Below are positions 19,445-29,345 of a stretch of 64,000 nt of DNA, piece by piece. This stretch comes from an uncultured Candidatus Saccharibacteria bacterium. Lineage in GTDB: Bacteria; Patescibacteriota; Minisyncoccia; Phycocordibacterales; Phycocordibacteraceae. The first letter of the stretch is position 1; each line of letters opens with the position of its first letter. Made by a program: the position numbers and the translations under genes. The notes under the pieces were generated by a model. That model did not search any database. It was not told where the DNA came from and saw nothing but the letters and a program-made list of their open reading frames with translations. The DNA lies in contig CAYSUL010000001.1 of assembly GCA_964434255.1 (NCBI GenBank), positions 181,695 through 245,694 on the forward strand. The letters are read 5' to 3'.

Positions 19445-22054
19445 CTATTTCTTACTATTCTCTAGCGCTCTGACACAGGTAGCAATAGCCGCAGCACGTT
19501 CTGGGGGGATAGCCTTGAGGTTTGCCTCTACATGCTTTCTTAGATTATTCACGAGGTTCTGGAACTTCTTGGCATCCCTTCCTTGATGTTCCATATTCGA
19601 CATGACGAGCGTGAGGTAGAGGCGAACGAAAAGGGTGCGGACACGACCTATCTCCTTCTTGCAGATACCTATAGCATCTTTGCGAGTGAGCTTATCGCTT
19701 ATATTTGCGTCTGTTGTTCCATCTCCATCTATGTCGAGCGATAGCTGGCTCACACCTGAGCCTGACACAGTAACAGTCGCCTGAGTTGAGGATCCAACGG
19801 GAAGTTTGCTGAATTCCCTAAACACCTCTCCGTTCTCATTGGCAAAAGTAAGATCGAATACTCCACTGCCAGTGCCACTAATCGCGATGTCGTAGGTACG
19901 ATCTGCGGGTAGTACTAGGTACTTTGCTTCCCCGCCAAGCTCGATACTACTTCCTGGAATTCCTTCACGAACATACTTAAGATCGTTGTTTGTATCATCG
20001 TAGCTGAAGATGCCTGTCTGATGTCCGTCACTATCTCTTGCGGCAATTATCGCAGGAGAATGCACCCCAACGATTACTTTTGACTCCGAACTTTCAGGCT
20101 TTGCTATAGGAAACAGATTTTCTTCAAACGAGACATCTAGCCCAAGCAGATTAGCGAGATAGGCATGCATATGAGCCGACTCAGTTATATTCTTATGTAT
20201 CCTCGTTTCACCGAATTGGTCATTTAGTTCCGCGAGATTGAAATAGACAGCCTTGCCTTGAAACACCGCGCTCCTGGTTAAGACCGTTTCATCTCCGTCA
20301 TCCGTAAGCTTTGGCGTGTACTCAATATACGTAGGGCATGAGAGCGAGAAGCAGGACATCTCTTTCGTCACATAGTCCGCGCCACTCATGGTCGACTGAC
20401 CCCAACCTGCTATTTCATACACCTGCACATCAAGAGCCGGTGTCCACGTATCGAGAATCGCATGCGTCGCCTTTGCTTTTGCGACGAGCGCGGAAGAGAG
20501 CGGAAGAGGCGTACCCGTGTCGCCTGCCGTTGGTGCCGGACGCGTTGCCGGATTATTCAGCGCGAAGCTCTCTGCTTCCGCGGCAGTATCAAGAGACGGA
20601 CCATATACATTTGTGAACGCCGTGGTCTTCGCTCCAGGAGCAAACGTTGCGATGGGTGCTGCAGCGTCCTCGAAGTACGCAGCGGAAGGGATAAGCGTAT
20701 ACGCCCCCGGAAATGTCGCCGCGACATCGCGTCTGACCGTTGATGGTATCCAGAACTGCAAGTCTATCTCCCGACCATGCAGCAGTGCTGACAATCCCTT
20801 TGGAGTACCGGTCTGGGGAGTAGCGATGAATATGACCCTGTCTACGAGCCCCGTCTTTCCTTCCGCTGCGAGCTTTACCATAAGCGCTTTTGCGAGAAGG
20901 CCGCCATTACTGTGCCCGATGATTGTTACCCTCCCACTCTTAGAGCTCGCGGCCAAGCGTTCGACCTCAGACACGAGATATTCGCGTGAGCCGTTTTCCT
21001 TGAGCGCACCGTCGCGCACGACATCTAGCACGTCGTACCGCCAATCGTACGAATATCCCTTCCAATCAGCTATCTTTCCTTCCTGCTTAAGCTCATCGAG
21101 GTAGCCCATGAACTTTCCATAGATGGTAGTGCTGTATGGGAGGTTCAAGACCGAATCAATGATGTCGCGCGTATAGACAGTGATTGGACTTGTTCCATCG
21201 GATCCAAGGGCCAACTTCTTCACATCGCTGGTTCCGATTGGCTCCCATAGCAGCTCTTCCCTTTCGCCTTCTTTCGTATACAAACGGCTTGTAAGGAAGC
21301 CAGGTAAGAAAAGTACATTCGACGCCCCGCTCACGACACCTTCAACCACCTCTATCTCAAGGAGGTCGTACATGACCGGAAGCTGAGGAGCACCATCCTC
21401 ATTCTCCTTGCCGTGCTCGATGAAATTCCTGAAGGGTTCAAGCGGGAATGACGCCACCGGACAAAGTTCTCCTTGAGGACCTGTGCATAAGTCAGCTGCG
21501 GTAAGTCCAGGGACGGTTCCTTCATCGGTTCGTTCATATGTCGCGCTAAGCGCGATGACGTATTTGCCGGGAGTATCGAAACGGACAGTAAGGTCAGGAG
21601 TCTCACCGTGCGAAACAGGCGTCGAAGCAATACGGGTACTTGAGCCCAATTCCCCCTGGAACACATCAAGTGTCAGGGTCGCGGATTCAAAGATAGGATT
21701 GAACGGAACTACATGGCCGCCATATGGAGCGAATGGGTCAACCGGATTAACTACATACGACCAGGAGAGATTCCCATCAACGCCAGTCTGAAGCTGCGTC
21801 GGCGCATCCGTACTCAGCGGAGTTCCGTTCCACGCAGCACTCATCTCGAACAGAGTGGCCGCTGCACGCATATGTTCTCTTCCCTCAAAGAAGGGATTCG
21901 GAATCACGAGAATGCTCCCATCTTCCTGAAGACAGCGCTGATTGAAATCAGTGTCATACACGCACGGTTCTTCGGGTGTCTGTGCGAAAACGTGAGCGGG
22001 AAATTGCGAGAACGCGGTCGCGAACAGTAATACAAAGGTCAGTGATTTTTCCAT
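19445..22054 (-). CDS. Large secreted alpha/beta-hydrolase (LCAT/phospholipase-like)
   Basis: Signal peptide, VLFLPG, YSYDWR, IIGHSNGGL, ATPQTGTP, DGDETV; C-terminal DIDGDGTTD; leaderless start at 22054. Confidence 0.85.
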   Translation of the reverse strand: MEKSLTFVLLFATAFSQFPAHVFAQTPEEPCVYDTDFNQRCLQEDGSILVIPNPFFEGREHMRAAATLFEMSAAWNGTPLSTDAPTQLQTGVDGNLSWSYVVNPVDPFAPYGGHVVPFNPIFESATLTLDVFQGELGSSTRIASTPVSHGETPDLTVRFDTPGKYVIALSATYERTDEGTVPGLTAADLCTGPQGELCPVASFPLEPFRNFIEHGKENEDGAPQLPVMYDLLEIEVVEGVVSGASNVLFLPGFLTSRLYTKEGEREELLWEPIGTSDVKKLALGSDGTSPITVYTRDIIDSVLNLPYSTTIYGKFMGYLDELKQEGKIADWKGYSYDWRYDVLDVVRDGALKENGSREYLVSEVERLAASSKSGRVTIIGHSNGGLLAKALMVKLAAEGKTGLVDRVIFIATPQTGTPKGLSALLHGREIDLQFWIPSTVRRDVAATFPGAYTLIPSAAYFEDAAAPIATFAPGAKTTAFTNVYGPSLDTAAEAESFALNNPATRPAPTAGDTGTPLPLSSALVAKAKATHAILDTWTPALDVQVYEIAGWGQSTMSGADYVTKEMSCFSLSCPTYIEYTPKLTDDGDETVLTRSAVFQGKAVYFNLAELNDQFGETRIHKNITESAHMHAYLANLLGLDVSFEENLFPIAKPESSESKVIVGVHSPAIIAARDSDGHQTGIFSYDDTNNDLKYVREGIPGSSIELGGEAKYLVLPADRTYDIAISGTGSGVFDLTFANENGEVFREFSKLPVGSSTQATVTVSGSGVSQLSLDIDGDGTTDANISDKLTRKDAIGICKKEIGRVRTLFVRLYLTLVMSNMEHQGRDAKKFQNLVNNLRKHVEANLKAIPPERAAAIATCVRALENSKK

Positions 22055-22162
22055 TGCCTGCATCGTAGCGGGCAAAAGATAATGAAAAGATAAAATTTCC
22101 GGAGTTTTCGTCTCCCACCTGTTGATAACTCCTCATATCCTGACCTTCATTGTTAATAAAGA

Positions 22163-22188
22163 AGCCCCGCCGGTAAACCGACGGGGCT
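22163..22188 (-). terminator. Intrinsic terminator
   Basis: agccccgccggt-aa-accgacggggct. Confidence 0.7.
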
Positions 22189-22210
22189 CAAGGTTCTCTC
22201 GGGCGGGCCG

Positions 22211-23830
22211 CTAGGCCCGCTTCACGAACGTCAGGACGGACACGCCCTGGATGACCGGATGGAACGAGACGAGATGATCGACGCGCTCCACCTGGTAACC
22301 TTCGGCGATGAGCCTATCCTGCTCGTCGACGAAATCAGGAACGTTCGTCCACAACGTGCGGACGCCGAGAACAGCATCCGGTTGGCGCAGGATAGCGCTA
22401 CTTGGTGGCTCTTGTTTGGTCATGGCCATCAGAGGAGCGGTTTCGGGTGGCTCTACTCGCGCTTCAGACTCAACCGCGGGAGCGGGAGCTTCCGCCGGCT
22501 CTGCTGCTGCAACAAGTGGTGGCGTAGGTGCTTCAGGACGCTTCCGAGCGATGGAACCGTCCTTCTGCTTGGGCATCGTCGCCGTAAGCTCACGATAGAT
22601 ACTCCAAGCCTCAATGAGCGCTTTCATCTCCGCACTCTTTTCTTCACGCTTCGGAAGACCGAATAGCCCTTTCGCGTGCGTCGCGATCGTGCTCACGCCA
22701 CCGGTCGAGGCATGAACTGCCTTTGCGGCGAGGGTAACACTCCCCGCCGCAGCCAAAGCATCCAGCACCTCGATTCTCCGAACGCTAAGCTTGCGCGCTT
22801 TCATTGCCCGCTTGATACGAGCAACGACCGCTTCTCGCTCTGCGTCGGTGAAGAGCGAGACCTCCAGGTTTGGGGCAGGCGGAGCCAGTTCGCACAGCTC
22901 CACGATAGGTTCCGCGTCCAGAGGCGTCTCTTCGACGACTTTCGTGGACGAATCCGGCGGCGACGCTTCCGCGAGCTCGCGCCCGCGATAACGCGCCCAC
23001 GCACGGGCGAGCACGACTAACTCCTGCTTGGCTCCTTCCTTTCTTCCTTCGGCCTCGACAGTCGGGACCTTGAAGATCGCCTTCAGTTGCGAGAGACTCG
23101 CGCTTACGCCATTGGCTTCGACACCAAGCGCAGCGGCAATACGTGCCACTGTACCTTCCACGATCAGCGTGTCGAGGATGAGAGCCCTTCGCTCGGTGAT
23201 CGGCTTCCTGTTCATGATTTTCATGATGCGCGACAGAAGCGGGTCGGACCCTTCTGGGGCGGGCGGTTGCACCTCTTGCACTGGTTCAGCCAAGAGAACA
23301 TCCGAGCCTGCTTCTTCAGGCTCCGGAGCCTCGATGATGAGTCTCGGTTCGTCGACGGGCACTTCCCGCACCTCCTCCGGTTGTGGAGCCGCAGTGAGCT
23401 CATCAACGATTGCGCTCTTTGCCGTGGCAAGCGGAAGCGCTCTCTCTTCGTTCCCCAACCTTAAATCAGGGACGGCGACCTTCTCGGCGCTCAACTCGAG
23501 CGCATAAAGAAGGAACTCGGTATGTTCCTCATTGATCGGCCCTGGTTTTTCGTAGATGCGGTTCATGAGGATGGCCGCCGCCCGCTTCTCACCCATCGAC
23601 AGCTTCGTCGAGAGCTTCAGGCTGCGGAACAGCTTTTCCATGAGAAGCGGCAGACGAGCAACCTCAACCCTGAGGCTGCCCGCAATCTTCTGGTCGGAAA
23701 GACCAGCTGACAAGTCGATAAGCAGGGTGGAACTTTGTTCCGAGAGACCATCGATATGCCTGCCGATATTCTGACGGCTTATGGTCGGCGAGAAGACCTT
23801 ACCAGTGGGTGCTTGAACCAACGCAGACAT
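22211..23830 (-). CDS. Orphan protein with three HTH-like modules and Pro/Glu-rich linkers, SD-led
   Basis: GLSDQKIAGSLRV, GTVARIAAALGV...VSASL, GSVTLAAKAVHAS..GVS; AAAGGGG SD before ATG 23830. Confidence 0.7.
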   Translation of the reverse strand: MSALVQAPTGKVFSPTISRQNIGRHIDGLSEQSSTLLIDLSAGLSDQKIAGSLRVEVARLPLLMEKLFRSLKLSTKLSMGEKRAAAILMNRIYEKPGPINEEHTEFLLYALELSAEKVAVPDLRLGNEERALPLATAKSAIVDELTAAPQPEEVREVPVDEPRLIIEAPEPEEAGSDVLLAEPVQEVQPPAPEGSDPLLSRIMKIMNRKPITERRALILDTLIVEGTVARIAAALGVEANGVSASLSQLKAIFKVPTVEAEGRKEGAKQELVVLARAWARYRGRELAEASPPDSSTKVVEETPLDAEPIVELCELAPPAPNLEVSLFTDAEREAVVARIKRAMKARKLSVRRIEVLDALAAAGSVTLAAKAVHASTGGVSTIATHAKGLFGLPKREEKSAEMKALIEAWSIYRELTATMPKQKDGSIARKRPEAPTPPLVAAAEPAEAPAPAVESEARVEPPETAPLMAMTKQEPPSSAILRQPDAVLGVRTLWTNVPDFVDEQDRLIAEGYQVERVDHLVSFHPVIQGVSVLTFVKRA

Positions 23831-24051
23831 GTCATGACCCCTTTCGGCCTGATGATATTTATTATTGTGGGCGATTTGTACTCGGCATCTCGTGGGAGTA
23901 TGGACCAATCCTAAATGAAATCAAATCCGCCCTCGTGAGCATATTAGAACTCCTCGACAGCTCCTGCAGCCATATCACGGAATTCGATTCCTGCTTCTTT
24001 CGACACATTTGTTGATAACTTTCATATCCAACACCGAGGCACTGAGATATG

Positions 24052-24080
24052 AAAATGCCCCGACAAGCCGGGGCATTTTT
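24052..24080 (-). terminator. Intrinsic terminator
   Basis: aaaatgccccg-acaagc-cggggcatttt. Confidence 0.8.
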
Positions 24081-24096
24081 ATATCAGAACCGTTCG

Positions 24097-24993
24097 TTAG
24101 TCAGCAGCGGTCTTGAAGTCCTGAACGCTCGAAGTAGCAGTGTTGCCCGCCTTATCGGTCGCTACGACGATGAAGTAGTAGTCAGTGTCATCATTGAGAG
24201 TATCGAGAGCAAGCTCGTGCGTGCGCAAGAACCTCGCAACGGTCTCCTTCTCGGCATCTGCTAGGTCGACATCGTTATCGGTGCCATACCATACGACTGC
24301 TTTCGTACGCTCGTTGGTATTCCACGAGAGCGTTACGGAATCGTCCGTGATGTCATCGGTATCGATATCCGAAATGGCAGGTGCAGTCGTATCGCGGGTA
24401 GTGGTCGCAGTCGAGGTGCTATTCCTCCAATCGACTCCGAGCTTCTTAGCGATACCTTCTGGTATCTTCCCGCACGCAGAGAGGTCTATTGAAGCATTAC
24501 CGAGGCGCTTCTTAGCCTGGCCAGGAGCGATCAGCTTGCCCCACGCCTTGCACTTGAAGTCTGAATCGTCCGCAAGCGCGTTCAGGCGCGCGCGAGTCTT
24601 TGCACCAACAGCGACTTCGCCTTCGACACCGTGCTTCTTCTGGAACTTAGCGACGGCCTTGGCGGTGAGTGCGCCATAGAAGCCGGTCACAAGACCTTCG
24701 GGATAGATATCAGGGTCTGCTGCGAGTATTTCCTGGAGTGCTTTCACCTCTTCGCTCGTCATCCCCTGGCGAAGTTCACCCGCGAGCGCCATAGTCTCCC
24801 TGAGCTCGCTAACGGTTTCGCTATGCTTCTTCATAAGTTCAGCGAGCTGGTCCTGGAGCTTCTTTATCTGCTCGAGGTACGTCTGCATCTGCACACTTGT
24901 CGTGGAGGTTACCGTCTCCGCGAACGCTGCGGTCGGCGCAATGCCTACGACAAGCGAGAGCGCGATAGTGAGTGCGGCTAGTTTCTTTACCAT
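24097..24993 (-). CDS. Secreted protein with peptidoglycan-binding domain and C-terminal FnIII-like domain
   Basis: Signal peptide; VKALQEIL...GFYGALTAKAVAKFQ; PGQAKK; WNTNE...YYFIV. Confidence 0.85.
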   Translation of the reverse strand: MVKKLAALTIALSLVVGIAPTAAFAETVTSTTSVQMQTYLEQIKKLQDQLAELMKKHSETVSELRETMALAGELRQGMTSEEVKALQEILAADPDIYPEGLVTGFYGALTAKAVAKFQKKHGVEGEVAVGAKTRARLNALADDSDFKCKAWGKLIAPGQAKKRLGNASIDLSACGKIPEGIAKKLGVDWRNSTSTATTTRDTTAPAISDIDTDDITDDSVTLSWNTNERTKAVVWYGTDNDVDLADAEKETVARFLRTHELALDTLNDDTDYYFIVVATDKAGNTATSSVQDFKTAAD

Positions 24994-25112
24994 AAATGTA
25001 TTGAGTCAATAGTTATGCGTTGTAATAGCAGGAATCGAATACACCGCTTATACAGTGTATACCGTCTATGAAGACGGGTGGGACTGAACCCACTTACCGC
25101 GAAATCTTTCCC

Positions 25113-25211
25113 TTATCTACTCCGTTCCGGAATGGCTCTATGCCTACCCTGTTCCACTCCTATGAAATACCCGATGGCGAGAAGGGTGAGGACAATAAGC
25201 AACTTCTTCAT
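25113..25211 (-). CDS. Possible 32-aa membrane peptide (MKKLLIVLTLLAIGYFIG...)
   Basis: Hand translation; signal/TM-like sequence filling the intergenic gap. Confidence 0.35.
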   Translation of the reverse strand: MKKLLIVLTLLAIGYFIGVEQGRHRAIPERSR

Positions 25212-25251
25212 ACTCCCTACAACCACCGCCTTGCCCTGCTCGTTTCGCTAG

Positions 25252-26004
25252 CTAGTCGAATTCGAGATAGAGGGGTGCATGGTCGGACACTTCGTCCGGC
25301 AATACCTTGAAATCCTTCACTTCGATCTCGCCGCTTACGAACGTGTAGTCGGCGAATTTCTCAGGCTTCGTATAGTGACTGGTGCGAGTCGAGGTCACGC
25401 CATATTCCTTTATGAGGTTACGCAGACCTGCTGCTTCGATTCGGCTTACGCTCTCGGTATCCGGCCGAAGATTGAAATCTCCCATTAAAATAACTCGTTC
25501 TTTCCGTGCAACAACGAAGCCTGCGATGCGATCCGATTGCTCGAGTCGCTCGGCGCAGTCAGCCTTTCCCTGGCCGTTCCATAGCCCGTGGACATTCATG
25601 ATGGTGAGTGGCCCGCCAGAAGTAAGAACGGTTACATATTGCAGGTTCCGAGCGTGATTGCCGTATTCATCCGGTGAGATGAATCCCGCTTCCTTATATA
25701 CGTAAATCTCCCCCTCTTCCTCGACCGCCAGTTCTTTCCGTACATACATGGCTAGTCCGTAATAGTCACTGAAGTGGGGCCGGAAATACACCCGATGATC
25801 GGGCAGCGCCTCCTCGATATCCTGCAGCAACCGCGTGTTCCTCTTCGCTAATTCAAAATCGCTTTTCTCGCCCAACATTTCTTCTCCCCCATTCCATATC
25901 TCTTGAAGGCAAAAAATATCCGCATCCGCATGCTTCTTGAAGAATGCAAGGAGTTCGCTCATTCCCGCCTCGCCTCCCCACGTATTGAGTGAGATGACCT
26001 TCAT
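25252..26004 (-). CDS. Endonuclease/exonuclease/phosphatase (EEP) family protein
   Basis: SLN, CLQE, GDFN, SDHAPL. Confidence 0.92.
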   Translation of the reverse strand: MKVISLNTWGGEAGMSELLAFFKKHADADIFCLQEIWNGGEEMLGEKSDFELAKRNTRLLQDIEEALPDHRVYFRPHFSDYYGLAMYVRKELAVEEEGEIYVYKEAGFISPDEYGNHARNLQYVTVLTSGGPLTIMNVHGLWNGQGKADCAERLEQSDRIAGFVVARKERVILMGDFNLRPDTESVSRIEAAGLRNLIKEYGVTSTRTSHYTKPEKFADYTFVSGEIEVKDFKVLPDEVSDHAPLYLEFD

Positions 26005-26007
26005 GCG

Positions 26008-26637
26008 CTACACCCCAATAAGAAGCCCGAATATCCAGCTGATGAAGTCGTAGAACGGACCAGCGAAGAAGTAGGTAAAGATGAACAGTATGGCGATGAG
26101 CGTGAAGATGCTGCCCGCGCGCATGCGATCCTCGAACTCACGCATCTGCATGCCGATCTTGTACGGCAGGATACCGCGCAGCACCGTGAACCCATCGAGC
26201 GGAGGTATAGGAATGAGGTTGAAGATGCCGAGGGAGAGGTTCGTGAGGGTCACGAGCGCTGCCAGATCGCCGAACTCGCCGAACCCGTTCGCATACGCAT
26301 AGCGCGCAACGAGTGCGAAGATGACCGCGAGCAGGAGATTGGTGGCGACGCCCGCGACCGCGACGATGGCCTCGCCCCACCGCTGGTTCTTCAGGTTGTA
26401 TGGGTTGTATGGAACAGGCTTCGCCCATCCGAAGAGGATACCTGCGCCCGTCATCACGAGCAGGGCCGGAAGCACGACGGAGCCTACCGGATCGACGTGG
26501 GACGCCGGATTGAGCGTGAGACGCCCTTCGAGCTTTGCCGTAGGGTCTCCGAGGGCATAGGCGGCATATCCATGGGCCACCTCATGGATGATGATCGAGA
26601 GGACGAGGATGATGATGCCGAAGATGAGTATGTCCAT
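26008..26637 (-). CDS. Site-2 protease (peptidase M50)
   Basis: HEVAH and NLIPIPPLDG. Confidence 0.95.
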   Translation of the reverse strand: MDILIFGIIILVLSIIIHEVAHGYAAYALGDPTAKLEGRLTLNPASHVDPVGSVVLPALLVMTGAGILFGWAKPVPYNPYNLKNQRWGEAIVAVAGVATNLLLAVIFALVARYAYANGFGEFGDLAALVTLTNLSLGIFNLIPIPPLDGFTVLRGILPYKIGMQMREFEDRMRAGSIFTLIAILFIFTYFFAGPFYDFISWIFGLLIGV

Positions 26638-26680
26638 GGATTTGCGGAGGTAAGCCTCACTATGCTAGCATGCGGGGACT

Positions 26681-26923
26681 ATGGCACGTAAATGCGCAGT
26701 GACCGGCAAGAGCACGCAAGTAGGCGGGCGGTATTCCAACCGTACCCGTGCTACCCAGTTCAACCCGACCGGCAAGGTCCGCCGCAGCGCGAACCTCCAG
26801 AAGCGCCGCGTCTTCGTCGCTGAGCTCGGCAAGAACGTCCTCATCGATGTCTCCGCCAAGGGCATGCGCCACATCAAGAAGAACGGTGCCTTCGCCACGC
26901 TCACGAAAGCAGGCGTTATCTAA
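26681..26923 (+). CDS. rpmB: 50S ribosomal protein bL28
   Basis: MARKCAVTGK...ANLQKRR...VSAKGMR. Confidence 0.93.
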   Translation: MARKCAVTGKSTQVGGRYSNRTRATQFNPTGKVRRSANLQKRRVFVAELGKNVLIDVSAKGMRHIKKNGAFATLTKAGVI

Positions 26924-26937
26924 TTGGCGCTCGCAAG

Positions 26938-26968
26938 AATCGCCCGGTCAGCTGACCGGGCGATTTTC
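26938..26968. terminator. Terminator shared by rpmB and a convergent orphan
   Basis: aatcgcccggtca-gc-tgaccgggcgatttt. Confidence 0.85.
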
Positions 26969-26994
26969 TTTTGGAGCGGCTACTAGCTCAGGGC

Positions 26995-27282
26995 CTATGC
27001 GGCCTGACGATCGAGACGAGCGAGCCTCGTATCGATGAGCTTGCCTACCGCCCGAAGGACACGAGACCTGTCCCCGCGAAGAGCCCGTCTCGAGAACGTC
27101 TCGTTGGTGCGGAGCCGAAACGCCTCCGTCTGAGGGGTGGCCGGCAGCTTTCTCCTGCCGACCATGGCCTCGATACAGCTTTTCGTGTCCACGAGCTGGC
27201 TGCGGTAGTTCGGGTCGTACTGGCCGCCGAAGAGGCTGGTGAAAATGTTCCCCGCCATCAGCGTGATGAGGTCGTTGGGCAT
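26995..27282 (-). CDS. 95-aa orphan protein, SD-led cassette
   Basis: TGgTACAGT -10, AGGAGG SD. Confidence 0.7.
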   Translation of the reverse strand: MPNDLITLMAGNIFTSLFGGQYDPNYRSQLVDTKSCIEAMVGRRKLPATPQTEAFRLRTNETFSRRALRGDRSRVLRAVGKLIDTRLARLDRQAA

Positions 27283-27341
27283 CTTGAATCCTCCTGGAAC
27301 GGTCCCGTTCGCACTGTACCACTACTTTCCTGTCCGTAAAG

Positions 27342-28202
27342 TCACTTGTGCACCATTGTCCTCCCGTCGCTCTTGAAGATGATTGTTCCATCTTCCACCG
27401 TGGAGGCTACCGAAGCCCCCGACGCACGTACACGCTCCAGAACCTCCTCGTGCGGATGGCCGTATGAGTTGTCCTTCCCCGCCGAGATGACCACGACCGA
27501 GGGCGTGACGGCATCGAGCCACGCTGCACTGGTCGACGTGTGCGAGCCATGATGGCCGGCCTTGAGCACATCGCTATCCAACTCCCCGCCAAGCGCGATG
27601 AGGTAGTCCTCGACCGAGGACGGTGCATCGCCCGTGAACATAAAAGAGGTATTGCCGTATACGAGCCGGACCACGACGGAGCCGCTATTGGTCTCCGCCT
27701 TCGACACGTCACGGTCGGGATATAGCACGTCCGCATACACGCTCTCTCCAAGATGGATACGCATACCCTTCCGTGCGAGAATGCTGACCGCGCCCAGCTC
27801 ATCCTCCACGGCCGCTCCGAGCCGCTCCGCCTGGCTCGTCCCATGCTCTATACCGGGCGAAAGATAATAGGAGACGCGATAGCGGTTGAGCACGTCCGGC
27901 AGCCCGCCGATATGGTCGGCGTCCGGATGCGTCGCGAGCACCATATCGATGGAACGGTCGAGCGGGCTCATGACCCGAGGAAGCTCACGTACGACGGCGC
28001 GGTCACGTCCTCCATCTATAAGCAGCTGAACGCCCTCCGGGCTCTCGATGAGGATGGCATCGCCCTGCCCCACATCGAGGAACGACACCGTGAGCAGCTC
28101 TGACGTTGGCTCGAATATGGCGTATATGGCTGCTGTATTCACCGCCATGAGCGCGAATACGATGAACGTGGCTATGGCCGGCTTGGTACGCAAGAAGTTC
28201 AT
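27342..28202 (-). CDS. ComEC/Rec2 C-terminal metallo-beta-lactamase-fold nuclease, stand-alone
   Basis: LDVGQGDAI, THPDADHIGG, LKAGHHGS, NSYGHPH. Confidence 0.93.
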   Translation of the reverse strand: MNFLRTKPAIATFIVFALMAVNTAAIYAIFEPTSELLTVSFLDVGQGDAILIESPEGVQLLIDGGRDRAVVRELPRVMSPLDRSIDMVLATHPDADHIGGLPDVLNRYRVSYYLSPGIEHGTSQAERLGAAVEDELGAVSILARKGMRIHLGESVYADVLYPDRDVSKAETNSGSVVVRLVYGNTSFMFTGDAPSSVEDYLIALGGELDSDVLKAGHHGSHTSTSAAWLDAVTPSVVVISAGKDNSYGHPHEEVLERVRASGASVASTVEDGTIIFKSDGRTMVHK

Positions 28203-28263
28203 GAAGCGTTGATAGGACCAGTATAGTCCGGCGTAAATGGTACTGTGGATACATACAGAGCGT

Positions 28264-28725
28264 ATGTTCCTCAAGCGCCTATCTAATCGCATGCTTGCTC
28301 CCTTCCAGCTCCTGTACTGGCGCGTCGCCATGCCGGAAGCCGAGGGAGCAAAGGTCCTCATCGAGCACAACGGGAACTTCCTTCTCATCCGCGAGACGTA
28401 CGGGCCCAAGCACTGGACGCTTCCTGGCGGGCGGAGTCGCAAGGACGAGGAACCGACCGAGACCGCTAAACGCAAGGTTCGCGAGGAGGTGGGCATCGAG
28501 CTCACGAAGCTCGTCACGCTCGGCTCCTATTTCCATACCCGGCAGCATAAGAAGGATGTCATCTGCGCGTACTTCGCCCAGGTCGATACGCAGGCCTTCC
28601 AGATAAACCCGAACACCATAGGCGAAGCCCACTGGTTCAGCGTCGAGGAGCTCGCAAGTCTCGAGCAATCGGAATCAGTCGACGACGTGCTTGAGCTCTA
28701 CCACAAATACAAGGCTGAAAAGTAA
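28264..28725 (+). CDS. Nudix hydrolase
   Basis: LPGG..KDEEPTETAKRKVREEVG Nudix box. Confidence 0.9.
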   Translation: MFLKRLSNRMLAPFQLLYWRVAMPEAEGAKVLIEHNGNFLLIRETYGPKHWTLPGGRSRKDEEPTETAKRKVREEVGIELTKLVTLGSYFHTRQHKKDVICAYFAQVDTQAFQINPNTIGEAHWFSVEELASLEQSESVDDVLELYHKYKAEK

Positions 28726-28752
28726 GACCCTTCCGCCGGAACGGAAGGGTCT
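28726..28752. terminator. Hairpin between convergent Nudix genes
   Basis: gacccttccg-ccggaa-cggaagggtc. Confidence 0.7.
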
Positions 28753-29241
28753 CTATGCTGCGAAAGGCTCGAACACCGGCGACTGGAGGAGTTCGCTCGC
28801 GTTGTCGTTTTGATAGACCTGGAGATTGAAGCGCTCCCCAGCCAGCACGTTCGGGATCCACTCCTTGTCGGACGCGAGCATCCGATGGAACGGAAGCTTG
28901 TCTTTCGAATGCCACCACACCGGGCTCGCCCACATATCCTGCGTATCGGACGGCTCACCGCGGAATGATGTGACGAGATAGACATAGACGCGCCAGACGC
29001 TCGCCACTCCGTTATGGAAGGTGATGACCGCCCGTAGGTCCTCGTCCGTCACATCGATAGCGAGTCCCACTTCCTCCTGCGTTTCGCGAACGACGCATTC
29101 GTTCGTTGTCTCCCCCGGGTCCACCTTCCCGCCCGGACCATTCAGGGTGTCGCCGCCTATTTCCGCTGTGCGCTTTTTGAGTCCAAGGAGGAGCTGGTCC
29201 CCGCGGACGATGAGCGCGAGCGTCGCCTGCTTCATATCCAT
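28753..29241 (-). CDS. MutT/MTH1-like Nudix hydrolase, SD-led
   Basis: GPGGKVDPGETTNECVVRETQEEVG; AGGAAAGGAG SD. Confidence 0.9.
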   Translation of the reverse strand: MDMKQATLALIVRGDQLLLGLKKRTAEIGGDTLNGPGGKVDPGETTNECVVRETQEEVGLAIDVTDEDLRAVITFHNGVASVWRVYVYLVTSFRGEPSDTQDMWASPVWWHSKDKLPFHRMLASDKEWIPNVLAGERFNLQVYQNDNASELLQSPVFEPFAA

Positions 29242-29345
29242 AGGGTACTCCTTTCCTGGTCCATTCATACCCCTAAAGCCACACCTCATCAACCGCTCAC
29301 GGAAAAGCGCTATACTCTCCGTACTTGGAAGCTAACCGAATATCC

